Assembly: GCA_017526785.1 (NCBI GenBank)
Contig: JAFXQV010000031.1
Location: forward strand, 38,624 to 102,623
DNA length: 64,000 nucleotides
Direction of reading: 5' to 3'
Origin: Oscillibacter sp.
Lineage (GTDB): Bacteria; Bacillota; Clostridia; Oscillospirales; Oscillospiraceae
The number at the start of each line of letters is the position of its first letter. The first letter of the stretch is position 1. Made by a program: the position numbers and the translations under genes. Below, piece by piece: positions 7,790 to 16,209 of the stretch. A model generated the notes under the pieces. That model did no database searches, was not told the origin of the DNA, and worked only from the letters and a program-made list of their open reading frames with translations.

Positions 7790-9439
7790 TCAGCGGAAGC
7801 GCAGGCAAAGCATAGTAATGTCGTCGAACTGCGGCGCGTCCTTCACAAACGCGTCGATATGTTCCCGTACGCCGCGGACAATCTCTTCGGGCGTCTCTTC
7901 GGCGTGGGCGTTGAGCGCGTTTAGCATGCGTTCCTCCCCGAACAGTTCCTCTTCCGCGCTGGTCGCCTCCGTCACGCCGTCCGTGTAGATGAAAAGCGCC
8001 TCCCCGTGGCCTAAATCCGTCTCGTTCTCGCGGAAACGCAGTCCCTCCATGGTGGCCAGCGGCGGACCGTGGCGCTCCTTCTGCAGGGCGAATTTCCCGC
8101 CCTCGCGGTAAAAGGCCGGGTACTCGTGACCCGCGCTGGCGGAAATCAAATGCCCCGTGGAAATCGTCAGGACGCCCATCCACACCGTGACAAACAGCTC
8201 CGCCTCGTTGCCCTCGCAAAGCTGGTTGTTCACGTCGGCCAGAATTTTTCCCGGGTGCATTTCCGTTCCGGCGGCCGCCTGCGCGCGGTTCTTAATCAGC
8301 GTCTTGGCAATGACCATGAACAGCGCGGCGGGGACGCCCTTCCCGGACACGTCCGCCATGACCATTCCAAAGTGGTCGTCGTCAATCATGAAGAAGTCGT
8401 AGAAGTCGCCGCCGACCTCCTTGGCGGGATTCATGGAGGCGTAAAGTTCAAATTCCGGCCTTCCGGGATTGACCGGGGTAATGTGCGGCAGCATGTCCGC
8501 CTGAATCTTCGTGGCCACGTTCAGTTCCGCGCCGATACGTTCCTTTTCGGCGGAGACTTTCAACAGGTTCTGCATAAAGCGCTTCATGTCCTGCGACATG
8601 GAGCTGAACGCGTCGGAAAGCGACTCCAGTTCGTCCCCGGTGTGGATGTCGGGGTCTTGGAACACAAGCGCGTCGGGGTTCTCCTGCCCCTGACTGCTTT
8701 CCACGAAACCTTGTGCGGATTCTTCCAGCTTTATCATGGGCGCGACAATCCGGCGGTTGAGCCAGCGGTACATGATAGACAGTGACAGCGTTGCTAAAAT
8801 CACGATTTCCGTCAGCACAATCAGAATGTACCTGACCAGCGTGGTGATAATCTCCTCCATGCTTAAATCCGCCGCCAGAATCGCCACCGCGTTCCCGGCG
8901 TTATCGAGAATGGGGAGCAGTCCCGTGTACATATAGCCGAATTCCGTGCGGTTGCGGTAGTAGCTGACTTCCGTGCTACCGTCCATCCGGTTCAGGTACT
9001 GTTGGACGACTTCCGGGGAATAGCTGTCTCCCGTCAGCCCGCCCAGTGTGACGGAATCGCCGCCGTTATATTCCTCCCGTTCCTCATTCGTCATGCCCGC
9101 CATCACGTCCATCATGTTGTCGGTTTCGTTCAGGTTCAGGGGCTTTTCAATGCAGACAAATGTAAAATCGTACTCCTGTTTTACGCGGTCGAGGAAATTC
9201 TGCGTCCGCCGGAAGGCCTCGGATTTCTCCCCGCTTTCAATACAGCCTTTCAAGTCCTCCCCGTCGATTTCCGTCAAGGTCAGGCGCAAAGCGTCCCCAA
9301 TGTAGGTCTGATACTTATCCACCATCCCCCGATAATAGATGAAAAAGCTCAGAACGGCGAGCGTGAGGCACAGAAAAGCCACGAACACCCCGCAACCCAG
9401 CAAAATACTGCGCCGGAGAGGATTCCGGTATTCCTTCAT
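7790..9439 (-). CDS. Membrane-bound sensor PP2C (SpoIIE/RsbU-type) serine phosphatase with periplasmic-type domain and HAMP
   Basis: Two TM segments flank a roughly 170-aa extracytoplasmic region, followed by a HAMP-like linker and a PP2C core (GGDFYDFF, ADVSGKGVPAALFM, TDGVTEA). Start placed at ATG 9439 with an AGGGAGCGAGGA RBS; the ORF track extends to 9484. Confidence 0.88.
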   Translation of the reverse strand: MKEYRNPLRRSILLGCGVFVAFLCLTLAVLSFFIYYRGMVDKYQTYIGDALRLTLTEIDGEDLKGCIESGEKSEAFRRTQNFLDRVKQEYDFTFVCIEKPLNLNETDNMMDVMAGMTNEEREEYNGGDSVTLGGLTGDSYSPEVVQQYLNRMDGSTEVSYYRNRTEFGYMYTGLLPILDNAGNAVAILAADLSMEEIITTLVRYILIVLTEIVILATLSLSIMYRWLNRRIVAPMIKLEESAQGFVESSQGQENPDALVFQDPDIHTGDELESLSDAFSSMSQDMKRFMQNLLKVSAEKERIGAELNVATKIQADMLPHITPVNPGRPEFELYASMNPAKEVGGDFYDFFMIDDDHFGMVMADVSGKGVPAALFMVIAKTLIKNRAQAAAGTEMHPGKILADVNNQLCEGNEAELFVTVWMGVLTISTGHLISASAGHEYPAFYREGGKFALQKERHGPPLATMEGLRFRENETDLGHGEALFIYTDGVTEATSAEEELFGEERMLNALNAHAEETPEEIVRGVREHIDAFVKDAPQFDDITMLCLRFR

Positions 9440-9508
9440 TCTTCCTCGCTCCCTTCTATTCAAAACATTCTCTGCCAAAAGCACGGAACGATTTTCGGTT
9501 TTTGCAAA

Positions 9509-10630
9509 TTACGCCGGGCTTTCGTAGCCCTCGTAGTTGCCGTATTCCTTCCACTGCAACGGCGCGAAGTAAAACATATGAATCCCGTCGCCGCTGAGAA
9601 GTTCCGGAATCAGAATGCAGCCCATATGCAAGGCGTTCTTGTGCGCTTTTTTGCATTTACGATAAGAGTCCGTCTCATCCATGCTGTTCACCTCAAGAAT
9701 ATTTTCCACGCCGAAGAGATAAAACGGCAGGGCAGGCATGGAAATATAATCTTTGACGGGTTCCAGTTTTTCCGGCAGACGCGTCAGACTTCTGAGAACT
9801 TTGTTGCGTTCGATATAGGCGGCGCGTTTTTCATACCAGAGTTTCAGCGCCGCTGGGTCGCGCCGGTGGACACAGGCGAAACGCGCAATCTGAAACCGCG
9901 CCTGTAATTTTCCGATAACGTCCAGATACATGTCCGCAATGCGGTTCAGGATTTCATCGAACTGCTCCAAGGCCTGTTTTCGGACGTTCTCCGGAATCGC
10001 GTCCAGCGCGTACAGGAGATATTTCCGGTAGGACATATCCGGGATAGGCACCACCAGCGAACCCCGAAGGGCGGCGGCAATCTCGAAGGGGTAGCGAAGA
10101 TTCAAATATTCCTGCGGCGTCAAGCCCTGTTTGTTCTGCTGGAAATCAATCCGTTCCACGCGCTCCCCGTTCAGGCGGAGATAGTCCGCCAGCCCCTCCG
10201 ATTCCGCGAAGGCGGTTCCGTCGAGATAGGCTTTCCCGTTGGCGTAGTCGAACAGGCGTTCTTCACCCCCGCCTTTCAGGCGTACGGATACCGTTACCTC
10301 GTGTTCCCCGAACAGGCACGGACCGCCCTCGACCGCGATTGTCTCTCCGCGTTCCATTGCCTCCGTCAGCGTGTCCAGACCGCCGACAAAGTAGGGGAAT
10401 TTCTCCCGGCTCTTATATTGGACGCTCGCGAAAGCCGGGAACGCCTCCGCCGCCTGTTGAAAGTCCATGACATCGGCGCATTGCTTGAAATGCAGTTTTC
10501 CGCCGTTCCACTCGTAGAAGTCCCCGGAAATCAGGCGAAAATTGAGCATGTCCCGATTGCAACAGACATAATCCGTTTCCTCTAAGACACGCCCTTTATG
10601 GGCAATCATCTCTTGAATCGTATATTCCAC
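9509..10630 (-). CDS. Hypothetical protein (373 aa) with no recognisable family, embedded in the partner-switching operon
   Basis: GTG start 17 nt after the STAS stop, with GGAG upstream. No TM segment and no motif I recognise. Amino-acid composition looks coding. Confidence 0.7.
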   Translation of the reverse strand: MEYTIQEMIAHKGRVLEETDYVCCNRDMLNFRLISGDFYEWNGGKLHFKQCADVMDFQQAAEAFPAFASVQYKSREKFPYFVGGLDTLTEAMERGETIAVEGGPCLFGEHEVTVSVRLKGGGEERLFDYANGKAYLDGTAFAESEGLADYLRLNGERVERIDFQQNKQGLTPQEYLNLRYPFEIAAALRGSLVVPIPDMSYRKYLLYALDAIPENVRKQALEQFDEILNRIADMYLDVIGKLQARFQIARFACVHRRDPAALKLWYEKRAAYIERNKVLRSLTRLPEKLEPVKDYISMPALPFYLFGVENILEVNSMDETDSYRKCKKAHKNALHMGCILIPELLSGDGIHMFYFAPLQWKEYGNYEGYESPA

Positions 10631-10647
10631 GTCAAGTCTCCGCAGTC

Positions 10648-10953
10648 TTACTCAATGTTCAGCAGGTCGACGAAGCCCGTGACCTCGAAGACCTCCATCA
10701 CGGCCTCGTTGACGTTGCGCACGGTCATTTCCCCCTGCTTGTTCATGATTTTCTGGGCGGAGAGCAGGACGCGCAGTCCGGCCGACGAGACGTAATCCAG
10801 CGCCTTCAGGTCGACCGTCAGATTTTCCACGCCGTCGGCGAGGGCGGGGCGGAGTTCGGCTTCCAGTTGCGGGGCGGTCGTGGTGTCCAGACGGCCTTCC
10901 AGCGTGAGTGTCAAATCCGCGCCGTCGCGGTTCATGTTGATTGTCATTGCCAT
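10648..10953 (-). CDS. STAS-domain anti-sigma-factor antagonist (RsbV/SpoIIAA-like)
   Basis: 101 aa. Contains DLKALDYVSSAGLRVLL with the conserved phosphorylatable Ser context. AAAGGAG RBS. Confidence 0.9.
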   Translation of the reverse strand: MAMTINMNRDGADLTLTLEGRLDTTTAPQLEAELRPALADGVENLTVDLKALDYVSSAGLRVLLSAQKIMNKQGEMTVRNVNEAVMEVFEVTGFVDLLNIE

Positions 10954-11038
10954 TGTAAGGTTCTCCTTTCAAAATCAGCGCTTTTGTTGCTGGCGAAACT
11001 GAAATCATAACAGGCCTTGACAAAACCTCGACATTCCC

Positions 11039-11067
11039 TTGACACGCCATATGAATTCGAGTATAAT
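11039..11067 (+). promoter_or_regulatory. Consensus SigA promoter upstream of the MscS-family gene
   Basis: TTGACA (11039-11044), 17 nt, TATAAT (11062-11067). Confidence 0.65.
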
Positions 11068-11186
11068 TCCAGAAGCCGCCATTCTCCAACCCGGGACTTT
11101 CAAAGGGTCTGTTTCTTGCGCATAATAGCGCAAATCCCGCGAAATGTCAAGTCAACAATCCAATTGAAAAGGAGGTTTGTTTCCTA

Positions 11187-12173
11187 ATGAAAGACGCCGA
11201 TTACAATGCCTCGGCGGAACATGGTGACAGACTTGCCCGGCATACGCCGGGAGACTCCGCACCTCCCACCGTGACAGAGCGGCTTCGCGGCGCGGTCGGA
11301 ATCCTCGTGCTTGCCGCCTACTATGTCCTGCTCGTTGGCGGGCAGTATTATTTTGACGGCACAAGCGAATTTTACCGCAGTCTGAACATTTTTTCCGGCG
11401 CGGGAGACCCCGACCCGCTGGTCAGAATCGTAAGCTGTATCGTCTTTTTTTATGGCGTCAGCCGAATTTCCAAGTTTCTCCTGTCCAGATTCGCGCTCAG
11501 CAAAGTGGCCTCCCGGAAAATGGGGCGGGCGCTGATGGGGCTTCTGGGCAGCCTGATTCAATACGCCTGCGGGATTGCCGCCGGGCTGATGGTACTTAAT
11601 ACGCTTGGCGTGGACACTATGGAAATTGTGGCCGGGCTGGGCATTCTCACTTTGATTATCGGCCTTGGCGCGGAGGAACTGGTGGCCGACATCTTGGCGG
11701 GTATCTTCATCGTCTTTGAACAGCTCTATGACGTGGGGGACATCATCGTAGTGGACGAGTTCCGCGGCACGGTCAAGGAAGTGGGCATCCGCACCACGCA
11801 GATTGAGGACATCGGCGGCAACACGCTCGTGGTACGCAATTCGGAAATCGGCTCGTTCATCAATATGACGGACAAACTTTCCATCGCCAACTGCGACGTG
11901 CAGATTGGCCACGGGGAGAACTTGGAGACCGTGGAGGCCGCGTTAGAGTCGGAGCTTGCGGGTACGGGGGCGGCCATCCCGGAACTGCTGGAGGGGCCGT
12001 TTTATATCGGCATTTCCGTCATAACGGAGGCCGGCATGGTGCTTAGCTTTACGGCCAAGTGTGAGGAAGGCGCGAAATACCGCGTGGAGCGCGCCATGTA
12101 CCGCCAGTTAAAACTTCTCTTTGACCGGAACCAGATTGAGATTGTGGGCGGCACGCCGGAGGCCGAGGATTAA
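11187..12173 (+). CDS. Mechanosensitive ion channel, MscS family
   Basis: 328 aa. TM helices followed by GLGAEELVADILAGIFIVFEQLYDVGDIIVVDEFRGTVKEVGIRTT (MscS pore helix plus beta domain). Confidence 0.88.
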   Translation: MKDADYNASAEHGDRLARHTPGDSAPPTVTERLRGAVGILVLAAYYVLLVGGQYYFDGTSEFYRSLNIFSGAGDPDPLVRIVSCIVFFYGVSRISKFLLSRFALSKVASRKMGRALMGLLGSLIQYACGIAAGLMVLNTLGVDTMEIVAGLGILTLIIGLGAEELVADILAGIFIVFEQLYDVGDIIVVDEFRGTVKEVGIRTTQIEDIGGNTLVVRNSEIGSFINMTDKLSIANCDVQIGHGENLETVEAALESELAGTGAAIPELLEGPFYIGISVITEAGMVLSFTAKCEEGAKYRVERAMYRQLKLLFDRNQIEIVGGTPEAED

Positions 12174-12200
12174 GCGCGCTTATGGGAGGAGCGCACCGGA

Positions 12201-13724
12201 ATGCGAAACCGTGAGTTGAACAACGTCCGGATTGGCAATCCGGACGGAATGTGGAAAAAATCCCGCGAACCCAACAAACTTTCCCTCAAAAACATGCGCC
12301 ACAGAGCCATACCCGAGGATTCGTCCCGCGCGTTCCGCGAAACAACCCGTGTCCGGGAGTTTTACAAACGGTCGCGCACAAAAAAACCGCGCGAAAAGTC
12401 AAAAAAACGGACACAAAACAGCGTGGTTTCCAAAGGCGCGTCCATGGCCGGACACGCCCTGATGATGGTGACGGCGGTCGTGTTCTGCTCGTTCGTGTAC
12501 GTCTCATCTCTGACAATCCGCGTCAGGCCGTGTTCGAGCATGGCGCACGCGCTGGCGTTCCAGACCTCTTTCCGCAACCCGGACAGTACCCCGCTTCGGG
12601 CGGAACTCTACGCCGGAGAGGAAACCTACTCCAAGGATTTCGTGGGCGTGGCGTACCTGCTCTTCGATGGGCTTACCGAAAAGACCGCGTACGGGCTTGA
12701 CATCGTGAACATCGAGACGGAGGAGAAAATTTATCAATCCACGTTTCTGACGGCGGAGGAAGACCCGTACCAGATTCGGGTGGAAAACCCGCGCATGACC
12801 GAGGATGGACTGTTTGAGTTTGGGCTTTCGGTCAGCGGACTGGACGAGGGCGCGTTCTATACGGTTTACGTGATGGACGAAAACGGGAAAAAAATTGCCG
12901 TTATGGACTGTTCCGACACAAACACGTCCTTTTCGATACCAATCAAATCGTTTATTCCGCCGTCAGACGAACCGGGACAGCCGTCCGGCGGCACACAATC
13001 CCCGTCCGGGCAAACCGGGCGGCCGTCCGGCGGCACACAATCCCCGTCCGGGCAAACCGGGCGGCCGTCCGGCGGCACACAATCCCCGTCCGGACAAACC
13101 GGGCAGCCGTCCGGCGGAACACAGTCCCCGTCCGGACAAACCGGACAGCCGACACCCGACGGGAATGTACCGCCGTCCGACGAAACACAGCCGCCGCCCG
13201 ACGAGAATGTGCCGCCGTCCGACGAGACACAGCCAACGCCCGAACCGGATATGGATACCCTGCCCTTTATCACCGTCAAAATCGACGGCAATATATTTCT
13301 CCCGCGCGTCTGGGGACAGGAGCCGGAACCGATTCCCGAAACCAACGAGGAAAGCGCCGCCGAACCGTTAAGCCCCGACAATGTCGAGTGGGTATGGAAC
13401 GAGGAACACACCGAGGTCGAAGCGCTGATACCCAACCCCGAAAACCCCGAAGAGCCGGAAATCGTCCGGGCGGAGGTCACGGAAGCGGTCGCGAAGGAGC
13501 CGGGATGTGAGGAAGAAGGCCTTGCCGTGTATACGGCGAGCGTCCCCGGGCAGGACGGCACCGAATACAGCGACGTGCAAACGGCCGTCATCCCGCCGAC
13601 AGGCCACCACTATGAGCGCGTCAAACTCGACGAGACGCCAAGCGGAACCTCCGCCGAATACGTCTGCCCGGACTGCGGAAAGTCGTACTCCATTGACGTT
13701 TCCGCGACAGAAGAGCCGGATTAG
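12201..13724 (+). CDS. Single-pass membrane protein with basic N-terminus, Pro/Ser/Gly/Gln tandem repeats and a C-terminal CxxC motif; function unknown
   Basis: 507 aa. GGAGG RBS. TM segment HALMMVTAVVFCSFVYVSS at about aa 85-105. Four PSGGTQSPSGQTG(R/Q) repeats. C-terminal YVCPDCGKSY. Confidence 0.6.
   Translation: MRNRELNNVRIGNPDGMWKKSREPNKLSLKNMRHRAIPEDSSRAFRETTRVREFYKRSRTKKPREKSKKRTQNSVVSKGASMAGHALMMVTAVVFCSFVYVSSLTIRVRPCSSMAHALAFQTSFRNPDSTPLRAELYAGEETYSKDFVGVAYLLFDGLTEKTAYGLDIVNIETEEKIYQSTFLTAEEDPYQIRVENPRMTEDGLFEFGLSVSGLDEGAFYTVYVMDENGKKIAVMDCSDTNTSFSIPIKSFIPPSDEPGQPSGGTQSPSGQTGRPSGGTQSPSGQTGRPSGGTQSPSGQTGQPSGGTQSPSGQTGQPTPDGNVPPSDETQPPPDENVPPSDETQPTPEPDMDTLPFITVKIDGNIFLPRVWGQEPEPIPETNEESAAEPLSPDNVEWVWNEEHTEVEALIPNPENPEEPEIVRAEVTEAVAKEPGCEEEGLAVYTASVPGQDGTEYSDVQTAVIPPTGHHYERVKLDETPSGTSAEYVCPDCGKSYSIDVSATEEPD
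12981..13148 (+). repeat. Four copies of a 42-bp in-frame tandem repeat
   Basis: Near-identical units CCGTCCGGCGGCACACAATCCCCGTCCGGGCAAACCGGGCGG, read directly from the sequence. Confidence 0.9.
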
Positions 13725-13763
13725 TTTTCCTTACCCCGCAATGAATCAGTAGAAAGGAGACAT

Positions 13764-15608
13764 ATGAAGAAAAAACGCACTTTAAAGGAAAAGTTCCTGT
13801 ACTGGCTTGACGAAAAGATGTCGGAAGGCAGTCTGGGTCTCATCAAACTGCTGACAATCGTCACCACGATTACGGCACTCATTGTCGCGTTCGTTATGCA
13901 GGCAGGCGGAATCCTCGTCAGCGGCGAATATGACACGTTTGGCGCAAGACTGTGGGCGAGTTTCTCATCGATTATCAACTGCTTTATGCCGTACTATGAC
14001 GATGGCGATGTGAAATACCGTTCGTTGATTGCGTTCAACACCATTTACAGCCTGTTCGTTACCAGTTTCCTGATTGGTATTATATCCACCGGAATCCAAG
14101 GGAAAATAACCAGCCTGAAAAAAGGCAATGTCCCCATCATGGAGGAAGGCCATATCGTGGTACTGGGCTTTGAACCCGGCGAGTATTCGCTGATTCAGGA
14201 GCTTGTCTATGGGGCGGACAAACGCGCTGTCTGTATCGTGGTGGCGGGCGAGACCGACCGCGAGGAAATGGAGGAGTGTATCCGGGACAACGTGAAGTGT
14301 CCGAAGAACGTGCGGATTCTCTGCCGCTCTATTAACATTTTCGACCCGCACACTTTGGAGCGCTGTTCCATTTCCACCTGTCGTACGGTTTTAATCAATC
14401 CCACGGACAATGACCGGACAATCCGCATGTTGCTGGCCGTCACCATGATTCTGCACCAAGTCCCGGAACGCGGGATAAGCACAATCGCGGTACTCTCGAA
14501 AGACGATTACCGCATTCCCCCGGCCATGCTCGATAAATATCGTATCATGCTTCTGCACACAAACGACACCATTGCCAAAATTATGGCGCATTCCTGCACA
14601 CAGCCGGGACTCTCCAAGACTTTGCTGGAAATGTTCCATTTCGAGGGTTCGGAAATGCACATCGTTTCCCTGCCCGGCACGGAAGGCCTGACGTTTGAGG
14701 AACTCATCTGCCGCGTGGACGACGCCTCCCCGCTGGGAATCTACAAGGGCGAGGAATTGCATCTCAATCCTGACCCCGCCATGGTACTGGAACCGGGCGA
14801 CAAACTGCTGGTCTTTTGCGAGGAAAGCGACAGCGCGAAGTTCGTGGACGCCCCCGCACTGCCGCCCGTCGAATCGCTTCCCGCTTACAGCGGTACGGAG
14901 GAATCCGGGCGCGTGGTCATTATCGGATACAGCGCCTTTCTTTCCACGATTCTGTATGAACTCCCGGAGAACGTCCCCGCCGCCACGCTGGTGAACGTGC
15001 CGGAACAGTTCCGGGAGGAATCCCTGAAAGCGGCGGAGAAGCGGGAAACAAAAATGTCCGTCTCCTTCTTTGACAAGGACATGTCCAACTTGAACGCGCT
15101 GGAAGAACTGGCGAAAGAGGCCGACCATATCGTTCTGCTCTCCGCCTACAACAAGCCGGACGACGAAGCCGACTTGCAGAACATCTTTATGATTATGGCG
15201 CTCCGGGACATCCGGGAACGCCTGAATCTGAACTTCAACATCACAACGGAAATGCGCCGCGAAAACAACCAGAATCTTCTGATACCCGCTCCCGACACGG
15301 AATTTTTAGTTTCGTCCAACATGTCGTCCCTGTTCCTTGCGCAACTGTCGGAAAGCCCGGAACTGCTCTCGGCGTTCGACGAGCTTCTGACCAACGAGGG
15401 CAGCGAAGTCTACCTCAAAACGGCGGCGGAACTGCATTGCGAGGGTACCCGGACAGTGCTGGAACTGCGGCGGCGTCTGTTGCCACTGCGCCACCTTATG
15501 ATTGGCTGGATGGACGGCGATACATTGGATTGCACGTTTGAGCTCTCCCTGTCCGACACGCTCAATCTGAAGCCCCACGACAAGCTGATTGTCATCAGCG
15601 AAGACTGA
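13764..15608 (+). CDS. CASTOR/POLLUX (DMI1)-related putative cation channel with tandem RCK-like domains
   Basis: 614 aa. N-terminal TM/pore region, then HIVVLGFEPG...ETDREEMEECI...LCRSINIFDP...CRTVLI, which parallels the HIxILGW...ERDKEEME...ICRSGSP...ARAIxVL pattern of CASTOR/POLLUX. Confidence 0.7.
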   Translation: MKKKRTLKEKFLYWLDEKMSEGSLGLIKLLTIVTTITALIVAFVMQAGGILVSGEYDTFGARLWASFSSIINCFMPYYDDGDVKYRSLIAFNTIYSLFVTSFLIGIISTGIQGKITSLKKGNVPIMEEGHIVVLGFEPGEYSLIQELVYGADKRAVCIVVAGETDREEMEECIRDNVKCPKNVRILCRSINIFDPHTLERCSISTCRTVLINPTDNDRTIRMLLAVTMILHQVPERGISTIAVLSKDDYRIPPAMLDKYRIMLLHTNDTIAKIMAHSCTQPGLSKTLLEMFHFEGSEMHIVSLPGTEGLTFEELICRVDDASPLGIYKGEELHLNPDPAMVLEPGDKLLVFCEESDSAKFVDAPALPPVESLPAYSGTEESGRVVIIGYSAFLSTILYELPENVPAATLVNVPEQFREESLKAAEKRETKMSVSFFDKDMSNLNALEELAKEADHIVLLSAYNKPDDEADLQNIFMIMALRDIRERLNLNFNITTEMRRENNQNLLIPAPDTEFLVSSNMSSLFLAQLSESPELLSAFDELLTNEGSEVYLKTAAELHCEGTRTVLELRRRLLPLRHLMIGWMDGDTLDCTFELSLSDTLNLKPHDKLIVISED

Positions 15609-15615
15609 CAAGCCG

Positions 15616-15650
15616 CGCCCTCCCGGAGCAATTCGGGAGGGCGTTTCGTT
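15616..15650. terminator. Bidirectional terminator hairpin between convergent genes
   Basis: Stem GCCCTCCCG/CGGGAGGGC (15617-15625 / 15634-15642), followed by TTTCGTT. Confidence 0.65.
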
Positions 15651-16017
15651 ATACCAGTTGGGCGTGGGGCAGGCCGAAACTGACGGCGATTGCCGCGTCT
15701 ACTTTGGTCATCATGTTCTCCTCAATGTGTCCCATCCGTTCGCGCAGACGCTTTTTGTCGAGCGTGCGAATTTGCTCAAGCAGAATGACGGAGTTCCGGC
15801 TGAGGCCGGAGTTCGCGTTGACAGGAAGGTCTATGTGAGTGGGGAGGCGCGCCTTCCCTGTCTGGGAAGTAATCGCCGCCGCAATCACAGTGGGGCTGTA
15901 GCGGTTGCCGGTATCGTTCTGGATAATCAGCACAGGCCGGACGCCGCCTTGTTCACTGCCTACCACGGGGGAGAGGTCGGCGTAGTAAATATCGCCGCGT
16001 TTGACAGTCGTATCCAC
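15649..16017 (-). CDS. mazF: MazF/EndoA (NdoA)-type mRNA interferase toxin
   Basis: 122 aa, GTG start. Contains [29 protein letters not shown]...[10 protein letters not shown], the typical PemK/MazF fold signature. Sits downstream of alr, as in Bacillus. Confidence 0.92.
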   Translation of the reverse strand: MDTTVKRGDIYYADLSPVVGSEQGGVRPVLIIQNDTGNRYSPTVIAAAITSQTGKARLPTHIDLPVNANSGLSRNSVILLEQIRTLDKKRLRERMGHIEENMMTKVDAAIAVSFGLPHAQLV

Positions 16018-16209
16018 AAAAGTTCACACTCCACCGAAAGAAGTACCCGCGTCCCGGAGACCCGGGACATGGCCGCTTTCAGTCTCCCACACAGGGACGG
16101 AATTTATACCCGTGCGCGGCACAAATTCCGCGTTGCCGCCCTGGCATCCTATGCCGTACGGGGCGCGGACGTGCGGAGCCGAAAGCGGAAATGTAAGTCG
16201 TAAAAATCG

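Noticed and set aside
7773-8219. N-terminal extensions of ORF-track entries: 7347-8219, 18031-19092, 18927-20636, 21049-22671, 37053-37466, 42272-43192, 43929-45416, 48385-49380, 55687-56643
   Set aside because: The extensions overlap the preceding real gene and are compositionally non-protein-like. Internal starts with good RBSs coincide with the expected family N-termini.
12981-13148. Tandem repeat arrays (12981, 33306, 44784, 52470, 63431) considered as CRISPR arrays or satellite elements
   Set aside because: The units abut directly without unique spacers, they lie in frame inside coding sequences, and no cas genes are nearby.
16018-16209. Candidate MazE-type antitoxin ORFs in the alr-mazF gap: a 22-aa ATG ORF, a 32-aa GTG ORF, and the 63-codon frame contiguous with alr
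   Set aside because: None has a canonical start together with an RHH or AbrB/SpoVT-like pattern of adequate length. The absence is reported as a finding rather than calling a gene.
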